DNA of 32,000 nt from Cereibacter sphaeroides 2.4.1 (GCF_000012905.2 NC_007493.2:90001-122000), one strand, 5' to 3'. Counted from the stretch's first letter, positions 17,420-27,751 are shown. The notes: generated from the letters alone by a model not told the origin. Program-made: numbers and translations.

Positions 17420-18982
17420 ATGACGTTCGATTGGCCGCTCGCACTGGGGCTGATCCTGACCGCGGTCGCGGCGGCTTCTGCCGCCGTGGTTCTGGCGGGC
17501 CTTCTGCAAACCCGCGCAGGCCGGCGGCCCGAGGGCGTCTTCTCGGATTCGCAGGCCGGCACGGTCTTCCTCTTCGACGGCGAGACGCTGCTCGACGCCA
17601 CGCCCGGCGCCCGCGCGATCCTCGCGCTCTCGCCCGCGCGCGGCGGGCCCTGGCTTCGGCTCTTGGCCTATCTCGTGCCGCGCTTTCCCGATCTCGAGGC
17701 GCGCCTGTCGCGGCTGGCGAGAGACGGGCGCTTCACGCTCGCCTCCGCGGCCGAGGGCGAGCCGCTTCTCCTGATGGCCGAGATGCGTGGAGGCATCACG
17801 CGGCTCACCATCGACGACCCGTCCAGCGCCGAGCGGCCCCGGTTGGACCATCTGTCGCAGCGGGCGCTCGCCGAAGAGCTCGACCAGTTGCGCGCGACGG
17901 TGGCGCAGGCGCCGCTGATGATGTGGCGCGAGAGCGCCGGGGGCGAGGTGATCTGGGCCAATGCCGCCTATCTGCGCGAGGCCGCCAAGCGGCTTCCGCC
18001 CGACCGGGACCTGAGCTGGCCGCTCCCCCGTCTCTTCGACCGCGCAGCCTCGGCTCAGGGCGCCCCGCGCCAGCGCCAGAGGATCGAGGTCAAGGGCGTC
18101 GACCGGTGGTTCGATCTCGAGAGCTTCGCCGACCCGGCCGGACGGCTCCTCTTCGCCCTTCCCGCCGATGCGGCGGTTCAGGCCGAGGCCACCCTGCGCG
18201 ACTTCATGCAGACCCTGGCCAAGACCTTTGCCCATCTGCCCATCGGGCTTGCGATCTTCGACCAGCACCGCAAGCTTGCGCTCTTCAATCCCGCGCTCCT
18301 CGACCTCACCGGCCTGCCGCCCGACATGCTGGCGCTGCAACCTTCGCTGTTTTCCTTCCTCGAGGCGCTGCGGGACCGGCAGATGATCCCCGAACCCAAG
18401 GACTATCCGAGCTGGCGCCGCCAGATCCTCGAGCTCGAGAAGGCGGCGGCGAGCGGGCTCTATGCCGAGACCTGGAGCCTGCCCTCGGGCCAGACCTACC
18501 GCGTGATTGGGCGGCCGCATCCGAACGGGGCGCTGGCGCTGATGTTCGAGGACATCTCGACCGAGATGACGCGGACCCGCCGCTATCGGGCCGATCTGGA
18601 GCTCGGGCAGGCGGTGGTGGATGCGATGGAGGATGCGATCGCCGTCTTCTCGCCCGCGGGCGATCTCGTGATGACGAACGCGGCCTACGGGGCCCTCTGG
18701 GGCCACGATCCGGTGGAAACCGTGGGCGGGGGCGCCGCCGTGCAGCTCTGCGAGCAGTGGCGCGCGCGCAGCAGCCCCTCGCCGATCTGGGTCGAGGCCG
18801 AGCGTTTCCTCGCCGCGCTCGGCCCGCGCGACCCCTGGTCGGGCGAGATCCGGCTCGAGGACGGCCGTCTTGTCTCCTGCCGCTTCGCGCCCCTGACCGG
18901 CGGCGCGACCCTCGTTCTCTTCCGCATCCTCGATGTCCCCGCCGCGGAGGCGGCCGATCCTGCGAGCCTGCGCATGGCCTGA
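17420..18982 (+). CDS. membrane-anchored PAS-domain protein without a recognisable transmitter domain
   Basis: 520 aa with an N-terminal TM helix (LALGLILTAVAAASAAVVLAGLL). Repeated PAS-like modules are present (e.g. LPIGLAIFDQHRKLALFNPALLDLTGL, MEDAIAVFSPAGDLVMTNAAY). I see no H-box or N/G1/G2 kinase motifs. Confidence 0.7.
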   Translation: MTFDWPLALGLILTAVAAASAAVVLAGLLQTRAGRRPEGVFSDSQAGTVFLFDGETLLDATPGARAILALSPARGGPWLRLLAYLVPRFPDLEARLSRLARDGRFTLASAAEGEPLLLMAEMRGGITRLTIDDPSSAERPRLDHLSQRALAEELDQLRATVAQAPLMMWRESAGGEVIWANAAYLREAAKRLPPDRDLSWPLPRLFDRAASAQGAPRQRQRIEVKGVDRWFDLESFADPAGRLLFALPADAAVQAEATLRDFMQTLAKTFAHLPIGLAIFDQHRKLALFNPALLDLTGLPPDMLALQPSLFSFLEALRDRQMIPEPKDYPSWRRQILELEKAAASGLYAETWSLPSGQTYRVIGRPHPNGALALMFEDISTEMTRTRRYRADLELGQAVVDAMEDAIAVFSPAGDLVMTNAAYGALWGHDPVETVGGGAAVQLCEQWRARSSPSPIWVEAERFLAALGPRDPWSGEIRLEDGRLVSCRFAPLTGGATLVLFRILDVPAAEAADPASLRMA

Positions 18983-19265
18983 CGGCCGCCCCGGGCGGGA
19001 GCGCCGGCAGGCCGGGTTGCGGTCCGACAGCTGGCCGGGCATGAGAAAATGGCCTGTGCCGCGCGGGACGCGGACGGCCGGTCGTGACTGCGCAGATGGG
19101 GCAGGAGCACCGCGCAGGCGGGCACGATGGCGCGGCCGGCGGAGCGGCCCGGCGCGCCGCCGCCCGTGCGATCCCGCGGCAGCCCGGCCGATCGATACTG
19201 CGGGACTCCGGGGCGGGGCTGCGCCGTGGATCCGCCTCCCCTTGCGCCGGGGCGCGGCTCTGGGC

Positions 19266-19751
19266 ATGGTCGCGGCCATGCCGGATCCCGTCCCGCTCCT
19301 TCTCGCGCTCGCCTCGGAAGAGGATACCGCCCGTCTGGGCGCGGCCCTCGCCCGCCTCCTGCGGCCGGGCGACGTGCTTCTGCTCGAGGGGCCCATCGGT
19401 GCGGGCAAGACCCATCTCGCCCGCGCGCTGATCCGCGCGGCGCTGGGGCACGAGGAGGAGGTGCCCTCGCCCACCTTCACGCTGGTCCAGACCTACGAGG
19501 CGCCGGGGCACGAGATCTGGCACGCCGATCTCTACCGGCTGACCCATCCCGACGAGGTGCTGGAACTGGGGCTCGAGGCGGCCTTCGCGACGGCCGTCTG
19601 CCTCGTCGAATGGCCGGACCGGCTGGGCGACCTCGCCCCGCCCGGCGCGCTCCGCCTGCGGCTCGAGGCCGAGGGCGAAGGCCGACGCGCGACCCTGTCG
19701 GGCGGACGACCGGGCCTTCTCGCGGAGCTGTCGGAGGCGTGGCATGGCTGA
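19266..19751 (+). CDS. tsaE: tRNA t6A biosynthesis ATPase TsaE
   Basis: C-terminal part of the 272-aa track ORF, starting at ATG 19266 (alternative 19278). Walker A LEGPIGAGKTHL and the TsaE-type SPTFTL and WHADLYRL motifs are present. Confidence 0.85.
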   Translation: MVAAMPDPVPLLLALASEEDTARLGAALARLLRPGDVLLLEGPIGAGKTHLARALIRAALGHEEEVPSPTFTLVQTYEAPGHEIWHADLYRLTHPDEVLELGLEAAFATAVCLVEWPDRLGDLAPPGALRLRLEAEGEGRRATLSGGRPGLLAELSEAWHG

Positions 19752-20769
19752 TCCGGCGCCCTCCGACCGCGCTGCGCAGGCGGCGGCCTTTCTCGCGCAA
19801 GCGGGCTGGGGCGCGGCCGAGCGGCGCCATCTGGCAGGCGACGCCTCGGACCGGAGTTACGAGCGGCTGCGGCGGGGCGCGGAGACCGCCGTCCTGATGG
19901 ACGCCCCGCCCGGCAGGGGCGACGATCCGGCGGCCTTCGTGGCCATCGGGGCCCATCTCGGCGGGCTGGGCCTCTCGCCGCCCGCCGTGCTGGCGCAGGA
20001 TCTCGCGAACGGCTTCCTGCTTCTCGAGGATCTGGGCGACGGGCTCTTCGCCCGGCTGCTGGAACGCGCTGGCGCGGACGAGGCGGATCTCTACGCTGCG
20101 GCGACCGATGTGCTGGTCCATCTCCAGCGCGCGCCCGCGCCCGCAGGCCTGCCAGACCTCTCGGCGGCCGACTGGGCCCGCGCCGCGGCGATGGCGCCCG
20201 ACTGGTATGCGCGCGCGGCCACCGGGGCGGCCCCCGATGCCGCGCGCGTCACGACCCTGCTCGAGGAGGCGCTGCTCCGCCATGCCGACGGGCCGCGCGT
20301 GCTGATCCTGCGGGACTATCACGCCGAGAACCTGCTCTGGCTGCCCGGCCGCGCGGGCCTCGCGCGGGTGGGGCTCCTCGACTTCCAGCTCGCCCAGATG
20401 GGCCAGCCGGGCTACGATCTGGTCTCGCTCCTGCAGGATGCGCGCCGCGACGTGCCCGAGCCGGTCGAGCGCGCCATGATCGCCCGCTTCGCCGCGGCCA
20501 CGGGCGCCGAGCCGCAGGCCTTCGGGGCCGCCTATGCGGTTCTCGGCGCGCAGCGGGCGCTGCGCATCCTCGGCATCTTCGCCCGGCTCTGCCTCGTGGC
20601 GGGCAAGCCCGGCTATGTCGCGCTGATCCCGCGGGTCTGGGGCCAGCTCTGGCGCAATCTCGGCCACCCCGCGCTCGCGCCGCTGGCGGCCGAGTGCCGC
20701 GCCCTCCTGCCGGAGCCCGCTCCGGCCGTTCTGGAAAGGATCCGCGCGCAATGCGGCCGGATGCGGTGA
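19744..20769 (+). CDS. aminoglycoside-phosphotransferase-fold kinase, AmgK-like (putative MurNAc/GlcNAc anomeric kinase)
   Basis: 341 aa with the APH/choline-kinase fold pattern: GDASDRSYERL, catalytic loop LRDYHAENLLW, and LLDFQLA. It overlaps the tsaE stop by 8 nt. The specific substrate is inferred only from family and the adjacent nucleotidyltransferase. Confidence 0.75.
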   Translation: MADPAPSDRAAQAAAFLAQAGWGAAERRHLAGDASDRSYERLRRGAETAVLMDAPPGRGDDPAAFVAIGAHLGGLGLSPPAVLAQDLANGFLLLEDLGDGLFARLLERAGADEADLYAAATDVLVHLQRAPAPAGLPDLSAADWARAAAMAPDWYARAATGAAPDAARVTTLLEEALLRHADGPRVLILRDYHAENLLWLPGRAGLARVGLLDFQLAQMGQPGYDLVSLLQDARRDVPEPVERAMIARFAAATGAEPQAFGAAYAVLGAQRALRILGIFARLCLVAGKPGYVALIPRVWGQLWRNLGHPALAPLAAECRALLPEPAPAVLERIRAQCGRMR

Positions 20770-21416
20770 TGATCTTCGCGGCAGGCTTCGGGACGCGCAT
20801 GGGCGCCCTGACCGCCACCCGGCCGAAACCGATGATCGAGGTCGCGGGCCGGCCGCTGATCGATCACGCGCTGGCGCTGGCCGAGGCGGCCGGCATTTCG
20901 CGCATCGTGGCCAACACCCATTACCTGCCCGAAAGCCTGACCGCGCATCTGGCAGGCCGCGCCCTCGTCTCGCACGAGGAGGAGATCCTCGAGACCGGCG
21001 GCGGGCTCTGCCGGGCGCTGCCGCTTCTGGGAGAGGGGCCGGTCTATACGTTGAACAGCGACGCGGTCTGGACCGGAGAGAACCCGCTCGATGAGCTGGC
21101 AGCGGGCTGGCGCGAGGGGATGGAGGCGCTCCTTCTGCTCGCGCCCTCGGGCTGCGCGCCGGGCGATTTCACCATGGATGCGGCGGGCCGTCTCGCCCGG
21201 GCGCGGGGCGCGCCGGGTTACACCTATCTCGGCGCCCAGATCCTGCGGACCGACCGGCTCGCCGGGGTCGCCGAGGCCAAGTTCTCGCTCAATCTGGTCT
21301 GGGACGCGATGATCGCCGCGGGCACGGCCCATGGCCTGATCCATCGCGGCGGATGGTGCGACGTGGGGCGGCCCGAAGGGATCGCCGCGGCCGAGGCGAT
21401 GCTCGCCAATGTTTGA
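20751..21416 (+). CDS. sugar-1-phosphate nucleotidyltransferase, MurU-like
   Basis: Start at ATG 20751 (alternative ATG 20769, overlapping the upstream stop as TGATG). N-terminal nucleotide-binding loop IFAAGFGTRMG. Confidence 0.8.
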   Translation: MRPDAVMIFAAGFGTRMGALTATRPKPMIEVAGRPLIDHALALAEAAGISRIVANTHYLPESLTAHLAGRALVSHEEEILETGGGLCRALPLLGEGPVYTLNSDAVWTGENPLDELAAGWREGMEALLLLAPSGCAPGDFTMDAAGRLARARGAPGYTYLGAQILRTDRLAGVAEAKFSLNLVWDAMIAAGTAHGLIHRGGWCDVGRPEGIAAAEAMLANV

Positions 21417-24402
21417 CACACCTGGCCCCCGCCTCTTCGGCCTGCCCCCGGGCGTGGACTTTCCCGCAGCGCTGGTGCGTGGCCTTCGCGCGCGCATGGC
21501 AGGGGCCGCGCCCGAGGCGATGGCGCGGGTCGAGCTCTACGTCAACACGCAGCGGATGCGGCGGCGGGTCACCGACCTGATGACGGCCGAGGGCGCGGGC
21601 TTCCTGCCGCGCATCCGCCTCGTGACCGAGCTGCCGCCGGTGCCGGGTCTGCCGGCCCCGGTCCCGCCGCTGCGCCGCAGGCTCGAGCTTGCGCAGCTCG
21701 TGGCCCGGCTGATCGAGGCGCAGCCCGACATCGCGCCGCGCTCGGCGCTCTTCGACCTGTCGGACAGCCTCGCCGAGCTCATCGACGAGATGCAGGGCGA
21801 GGGCGTGCCGCCCGAGGCCATCGCGCGGCTCGATGTGGCCGACCATTCGGCGCACTGGCAGCGGACGCAGGCCTTCATGGCGATCGTGGCGCCGATGTTC
21901 GGCGCGGACGCGCCCGATGCGCAGGCGCTGGCGCGGATGGCGGTCGAGCGGATCGCGGCGCGCTGGGCCGAGGCGCCGCCCGATCACCCGGTGATCGTCG
22001 CGGGCTCGACCGGCTCGCGCGGCACGACCAGCCTCTTCATGCAGGCGGTGGCGCGGCTGCCGCAGGGCGCGCTCGTGCTGCCCGGCTTCGACTTCGACCT
22101 GCCCGCCGCGGTCTGGGAGGGGATGGACGACGCGCTGACCGCCGAGGATCATCCGCAGTTCCGCTTTCATCGGCTGATGGGCCTCGTGGGCGCAGGCCCC
22201 GCCGAGGTCGGCCGCTGGACCGACGAGATCCCGCCCAGCCCGGCGCGCAACCGGCTGATCTCGCTCTCGCTCCGGCCGGCGCCCGTCACCGATCAGTGGC
22301 TGACCGAGGGCCGGCACCTCACCGGGCTTGCCGAGGCCGCGCGCGGCATGACGCTGATCGAGGCGCCGGGGCCGCGGGCCGAGGCGCTGGCAGTGGCGAT
22401 GATCCTGAGGAAGGCCGCCGAGGAGGGTCGCCGCGCGGCGCTCATCACCTCGGACCGGGGGCTCACGCGGCAGGTGGCGGCGGCGCTCGACCGCTGGGGG
22501 ATCGTGCCGGACGATTCCGCGGGCAAGCCGCTCGCGCTCTCGGCGCCGGGGCGCTTCCTGCGCCATGTGGCCCGGCTCTTCGGCCGGCGGCTGACCGGGG
22601 AGACGCTGCTCACGCTGCTGAAGCACCCGCTGACGGCGACCGGCGCGGACCGCGGCAACCACCTGCGCTGGACGCGGGATCTGGAGCTGCACCTGCGGCG
22701 GAAGGGGCCGCCCTTCCCGGCGGCGGCCGATCTGGCGCTCTGGGCCGGAACGCGGCCCGCGGACGGGGTGGCGGACTGGGCGCGCTGGCTGGGCGGACTG
22801 ATCGAGGGGCTGGACGCGGCAGGCCCGCGCCCGCTCGCCGATCATGTGGCCGCGCATCTCGCGCTGGCCGAGGCGCTGGCCACGGGGCCTGCGGGCGACA
22901 CCACGGGCGAGCTCTGGCTGAAGGAGGCCGGCGAGGCCGCGCGCGCCGCCGTCGAGGAGCTCCGCCGCGAGGCGCCGCACGGGGGCGAGCTGACGCCGGC
23001 CGATTACACCGACCTCTTCGACGCGATCCTCGCGCGTGGCGAGGTGCGCGAGGCCGTGCAGGCCCGGCCCGACCTGATGATCTGGGGCACGCTCGAGGCG
23101 CGCGTGCAGGGGGCCGATCTCGTGATCCTCGGCGGGCTGAACGACGGGACATGGCCGCAGCTGCCGCCGCCCGACCCGTGGCTCAACCGGCAGATGCGGC
23201 TGAAGGCCGGGCTTCTCCTGCCTGAGCGGCGGATCGGCCTGTCGGCGCACGATTACAGTCAGGCGGTGGCCGCGCCCGAGGTGGTGCTGACCCGCGCCAC
23301 CCGAGATGCCGAGGCCGAGACGGTGCCCTCGCGCTGGCTGAACCGCCTGATGAACCTGATGAGCGGGCTGAAGGCGGGCGGAGGGCCCGAGGCTCTGGCC
23401 GGGATGCGCGCGCGCGGCCGCGACTGGCTGGACCTCGCCGCGGCGCTGGAGCAGCCCGCGACGCCGGTGCCGCTCGCCACGCGGCCCGCGCCGCAGCCTC
23501 CTGTCCCGGCCCGGCCCGACCGGCTGGCCGTCACGGGCATCCGCAAGCTGATCCGGGATCCCTATGCGGTCTATGCCCGCCATATCCTGCGGCTCTATCC
23601 GCTCGACCCGCTGCACCGGGCGCCGGATGCGCGGCTGCGCGGCTCGATCCTGCACCGCATCCTCGAGGCCTTCGTGAAGGACCGCGCGCCGGGGAGCGAC
23701 CGACCAACCGAGCGCGCGCGCCTGATGCGGATCGCGGAGGCGGTGCTGGCCGAGGAGGTGCCCTGGCCCGCGGCCCGGGCGCTCTGGCTCGCGCGGCTCG
23801 ACCGGGCTGCCGCCTTCTTCCTCGAGACCGAGGCGGCCCATGCCGGCACCCCGGTCGTGCTGGAGGAGGAGGGGCGGGTGGATCTGACCCCCCTGCGCTT
23901 CACGCTGACCGCGAAGCCCGACCGGATCGACGTCCTGCCGGACGGGCGGCTCCATATCCTCGACTACAAGACCGGCACGCCGCCCACCAAGAAGCAGCAG
24001 GAGCAGTTCGACAAGCAGCTCCTCCTCGAGGCGGCGATGGCCGAACGCGGCGGCTTCCGCGGCCTCGGACCCGCCGAGGTGGCGCGGATCAGCTACATCG
24101 GCCTCGGCACCAGCCCGAAGGTCGAGAGCGTGGAGACCGATGCGGCGCTCCTCGGGCAGGTCTGGGAGGGGCTCCACGCCCTCGTCGGCCGTTACATGCG
24201 GCGCGAGCAGGGCTATGTCTCGCGCCGCGCCATGTTCGGCGAGCGCTTCCCGGGCGATTACGACCATCTCGCGCGGTTCGGCGAATGGGAAATGAGCGAC
24301 GCGCCCGTGCCCGTGCCGGTGGGGGCAGAGGCGCCGGAAGCAGGCTCCGCGGAGGCGGGGACGGATCGCGACAGGGGAAGCTGCCCGGAGGATGCCGCGT
24401 GA
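21409..24402 (+). CDS. addB: double-strand break repair protein AddB (alphaproteobacterial type)
   Basis: 997 aa with the C-terminal PD-(D/E)xK nuclease motif (DRIDVLPDGRLHILDYKTG ... QLLLEAAM). It overlaps the upstream gene by 8 nt and is followed by addA. Confidence 0.9.
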   Translation: MFDTPGPRLFGLPPGVDFPAALVRGLRARMAGAAPEAMARVELYVNTQRMRRRVTDLMTAEGAGFLPRIRLVTELPPVPGLPAPVPPLRRRLELAQLVARLIEAQPDIAPRSALFDLSDSLAELIDEMQGEGVPPEAIARLDVADHSAHWQRTQAFMAIVAPMFGADAPDAQALARMAVERIAARWAEAPPDHPVIVAGSTGSRGTTSLFMQAVARLPQGALVLPGFDFDLPAAVWEGMDDALTAEDHPQFRFHRLMGLVGAGPAEVGRWTDEIPPSPARNRLISLSLRPAPVTDQWLTEGRHLTGLAEAARGMTLIEAPGPRAEALAVAMILRKAAEEGRRAALITSDRGLTRQVAAALDRWGIVPDDSAGKPLALSAPGRFLRHVARLFGRRLTGETLLTLLKHPLTATGADRGNHLRWTRDLELHLRRKGPPFPAAADLALWAGTRPADGVADWARWLGGLIEGLDAAGPRPLADHVAAHLALAEALATGPAGDTTGELWLKEAGEAARAAVEELRREAPHGGELTPADYTDLFDAILARGEVREAVQARPDLMIWGTLEARVQGADLVILGGLNDGTWPQLPPPDPWLNRQMRLKAGLLLPERRIGLSAHDYSQAVAAPEVVLTRATRDAEAETVPSRWLNRLMNLMSGLKAGGGPEALAGMRARGRDWLDLAAALEQPATPVPLATRPAPQPPVPARPDRLAVTGIRKLIRDPYAVYARHILRLYPLDPLHRAPDARLRGSILHRILEAFVKDRAPGSDRPTERARLMRIAEAVLAEEVPWPAARALWLARLDRAAAFFLETEAAHAGTPVVLEEEGRVDLTPLRFTLTAKPDRIDVLPDGRLHILDYKTGTPPTKKQQEQFDKQLLLEAAMAERGGFRGLGPAEVARISYIGLGTSPKVESVETDAALLGQVWEGLHALVGRYMRREQGYVSRRAMFGERFPGDYDHLARFGEWEMSDAPVPVPVGAEAPEAGSAEAGTDRDRGSCPEDAA

Positions 24403-24430
24403 GACGCGCTGCCACATGCGAGGCCGGCCG

Positions 24431-27400
24431 ATGAGCGGCCTGAGAGACGAGGCCTCCGAGCGTCAGGTGCAGGCCGCCGATCCGCGCGCCTCGACCTGGC
24501 TCTCGGCCAATGCGGGCTCGGGCAAGACGCGGGTGCTGACCGACCGGGTGGCGCGGCTGCTGCTCGACGGGGTCGAGCCGCAGCGCATCCTCTGCCTGAC
24601 CTATACCAAGGCCGCCGCCTCCGAGATGCAGAACCGGCTGTTCCGGCGGCTGGGCGAATGGGCGATGCTCGACGATGCCGAGCTGCGCCGTGCGCTGGAT
24701 GCTCTGGGCGTGGCCGCCGTAGGGCACGAGGTGCTGGCGCAGGCCCGCAGGCTATTCGCTCGCGCCATCGAGACGCCGGGCGGGCTGCGGATCCAGACGA
24801 TCCACTCCTTCTGCGCGACGCTCCTGCGCCGCTTCCCGCTGGAGGCCGGGGTCTCGCCGCAGTTCACCGAGCTCGACGACCGCGCCGCACGCCTCCTGCG
24901 TGAGGAGATCGTCGAGGAGTTGGCCGACCGCATCGCCCCCGAGGTGGTGGCCGATCTGGCGCGGGCCTATACCGGCGAGGATTTCGGCGCGCTGGCCGAG
25001 GAGGTGGCGCGCAATGCCGCGGGCCTTCTGCCGCCGCTCGACGCTCCCGCCTGCCGGGCGCTCTACGGGGTGGAGGGCGACGAGGCGGCGCTTCTGGCGC
25101 AGGTCTTCCTCGGTGGCGAGGAAGAGTGGATGCCCGCGCTGATCGCGGCGCTTGAGGCGGGATCGGCGAACGACCAGAAGGCTGCGGCGAAGCTGCGGCT
25201 TCTGTCCTTCGCGTCGCCGACGACCGCCACGCTGGCCGGGCTCGAGGGGGTGCTCCTGACCGGGGCCTCGGCGAAGGAGCCCTATACCGCCAAGCTCGGC
25301 AGCTTCCCGACCAAGGCCACACGCGGGGCGCTCGGCCCGCTCGCCGACCGGCTCGATGCGCTGATGCGCCGGGTCGAGGCCGCGCGCCCGGTGCGCTGCT
25401 GCCTGCTCGCCGCCGAGCGGGCGCGATTGATCCATGCTTTCGCGGGCGTGTTCCTGCCGCTCTATCAGGCGCGCAAGGCCGCCCGCGGCTGGCTCGATTT
25501 CGACGATCTGATCCAGCGCGCCAAGGGCCTGCTGACCGATCCGTCGGTGGCGCAGTGGGTGCTCTTCCGGCTCGACGGCGGGATCGACCATATCCTCGTC
25601 GACGAAGCGCAGGACACGAGCCCCGACCAGTGGAAGGTGATCGAGCTTCTGGCGCAGGAATTCACTTCGGGGCGCGGCGCGCGCGAGGTGGAACGGACGA
25701 TCTTTGTCGTGGGCGACAAGAAACAGTCGATCTACTCCTTCCAGGGCGCCGATGTGGCGGCCTTCGACCGGATGCGGGCCGAGTTCGGCGAGCGTCTCGC
25801 GGGCGCCCGGCGGCGGCTCGAGGAGCTGGATCTGCTGCATTCCTTCCGCTCCTCGCCCGCGATCCTGCGGCTGGTGGATCTCACCTTCGACGAGCCCCGC
25901 CGGCAGGCGCTGGGCGGCGAGGTCCGCCACATCGCCTTCCGCGGCGACATGCCGGGGCGGGCCGAGCTCTGGCCGCTGGTCGAGGCCGCCGAGGAGCCCG
26001 AGCCCGAGAACTGGTTCGATCCGGTGGACCTCGTCTCGGATGAGCATCATGCGGCGCGGCTCGCGCGGCAGGTGGCCACCCGCATCCGCGCCATGATCGA
26101 GGCAGGGGTGCAGATCCCGCATCCCGGCGGCTTCCGCCCCGTGGCGGCGGGCGATTTCCTGATCCTCGTCCAGCGCCGCTCGGACATCTTCGGCGAGATC
26201 ATCCGGGCTTGCAAGGAAGCCCGCCTGCCCATCGCCGGGGCCGACCGGCTGAAGCTCGGGGCCGAGCTTGCGGTGCGCGACCTGTCGGCGCTGCTCGCCT
26301 TCCTCGCCACGCCCGAGGACGATCTGTCGCTCGCCGCCGTCCTGCGCTCGCCGCTCTTCGGCTGGAGCGAGGGCGAGCTCTTCGATCTGGCGCACGGGCG
26401 CGAGGGGTATCTCTGGCGCAGGCTCTACGACCGCGAGGCGGCCCATCCCGGGACGGTGGCGATCCTGCGCGACCTGCGCGATCAGGCGGATTTCCTGCGC
26501 CCCTTCGACCTGATCGAGCGCGCGCTGACCCGCCACGACGGCCGCCGCCGGCTGCTCGCCCGGCTGGGCGAGGAGGCCGAGGACGGGATCGACGAGCTGC
26601 TCAGTCAGGCGCTGGCCTACGAGCGGACCGACGTGCCGAGCCTCACGGGCTTCCTGACATGGCTTCAGACCGACGAGGTCGAGGTGAAGCGGCAGATGGA
26701 GGCCGCGGGCGGGCGCATCCGGGTGATGACGGTGCATGGCTCGAAAGGGCTCGAGGCGCCCATCGTGATCCTGCCCGACACGGCCGACCGCAAGCCGCGC
26801 GAGCGCGACGAGCTGTTCACGCTGGAGGGGGGCGCGCGGGTCTGGAAGACGCCCGCCGCCGAGAGCCCGCCGCAGATTGCCGCCGCCCGCGAGGCGCGGC
26901 GCGCACGCGATGCGGCCGAGAACCTGCGGCTGCTCTATGTCGCCATGACGCGGGCCCAGTGCTGGCTGATCGCGGCTGCGGCCGGCAAGCTCGAGACGGG
27001 GGGCGCCTGGCACGACCTGATCCGGCAGGGGATGGAGGCTGCGGGGGCCGAGCGGCGCGACGACGGGGCGCTGGTGCTCGACGAAGGCCTCTGGCCCCCG
27101 GCCGCGCCGCAGGCCTCGGCAGCGGCCGCCGCCGCGCGACCCGTCCTGCCCGGCTGGGCGTGGGCGCCCGCGACCGAGCCCCCGGCCGCGCCCGAGGTGC
27201 TGTCGCCCTCGGCCCTCGGCGGGGCCAAGGCGCTGCCCGGCGATGCGATGCCCACCGAGGAGGCCCTGGCGCATGGCTCGGCCGTCCACCGGCTGCTCGA
27301 GCATCTGCCGCTCCATCCGCCCGAGGGGTGGGAGGCGGCGGCGCGGGGGCTCCTGCCCGATCTTCCCGATGTGGCCCCCGTTCTGGCGGAGGCCCGGGCG

Positions 27401-27751
27401 GTGCTCTCGGCCGAACATCTGGCCGAGGCGCTGGTGCCGCATGCGCTGCTCGAGGTGGCGGTGACGGCCGAGGTGGCGGGGCGGCGGCTTTCCGGCACCA
27501 TCGACCGGCTGGTGGTGGAGCCCGACCGGGTGCTGGCGGTCGATTACAAGACGAACCGTGTGGTCCCGGACCGTCCCGAAGAGGTGCCCGAGGGCATCCT
27601 GCGGCAGATGGGCGCCTATGCCGAGGCGCTGGCGCAGATCTACCCCGGACGGACGATCGAGACGGCGATCCTCTGGACGCAGGCGGCCCGCCTGATGCGG
27701 CTGCCGCGCGATATCGTGAGGTCGGCCCTGGTCCGGGCCACGACAACTTGA
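24431..27751 (+). CDS. addA: double-strand break repair helicase-nuclease AddA
   Basis: UvrD/Rep-type helicase with Walker [13 protein letters not shown] and motif [12 protein letters not shown]-terminal nuclease motif GTIDRLVV...AVDYKTN. I prefer ATG 24431 (GAGG 8 nt upstream). The track start ATG 24392 would overlap addB by 11 nt and remains possible. Confidence 0.9.

Noticed and set aside
21289-24417. 1042-aa ORF on the minus strand, antisense to addB. Similar long antisense or out-of-frame ORFs occur at 24752-27442, 15206-17344, 17366-19480, 3143-4924, 4269-5702, 10001-12325, 9411-11306 and 12370-13278.
   Set aside because: All are Arg/Pro/Gly/Ala-rich with no recognisable motifs. They lie opposite or out of frame to genes with clear family signatures. 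Long stop-free antisense frames are expected in roughly two-thirds-GC DNA.
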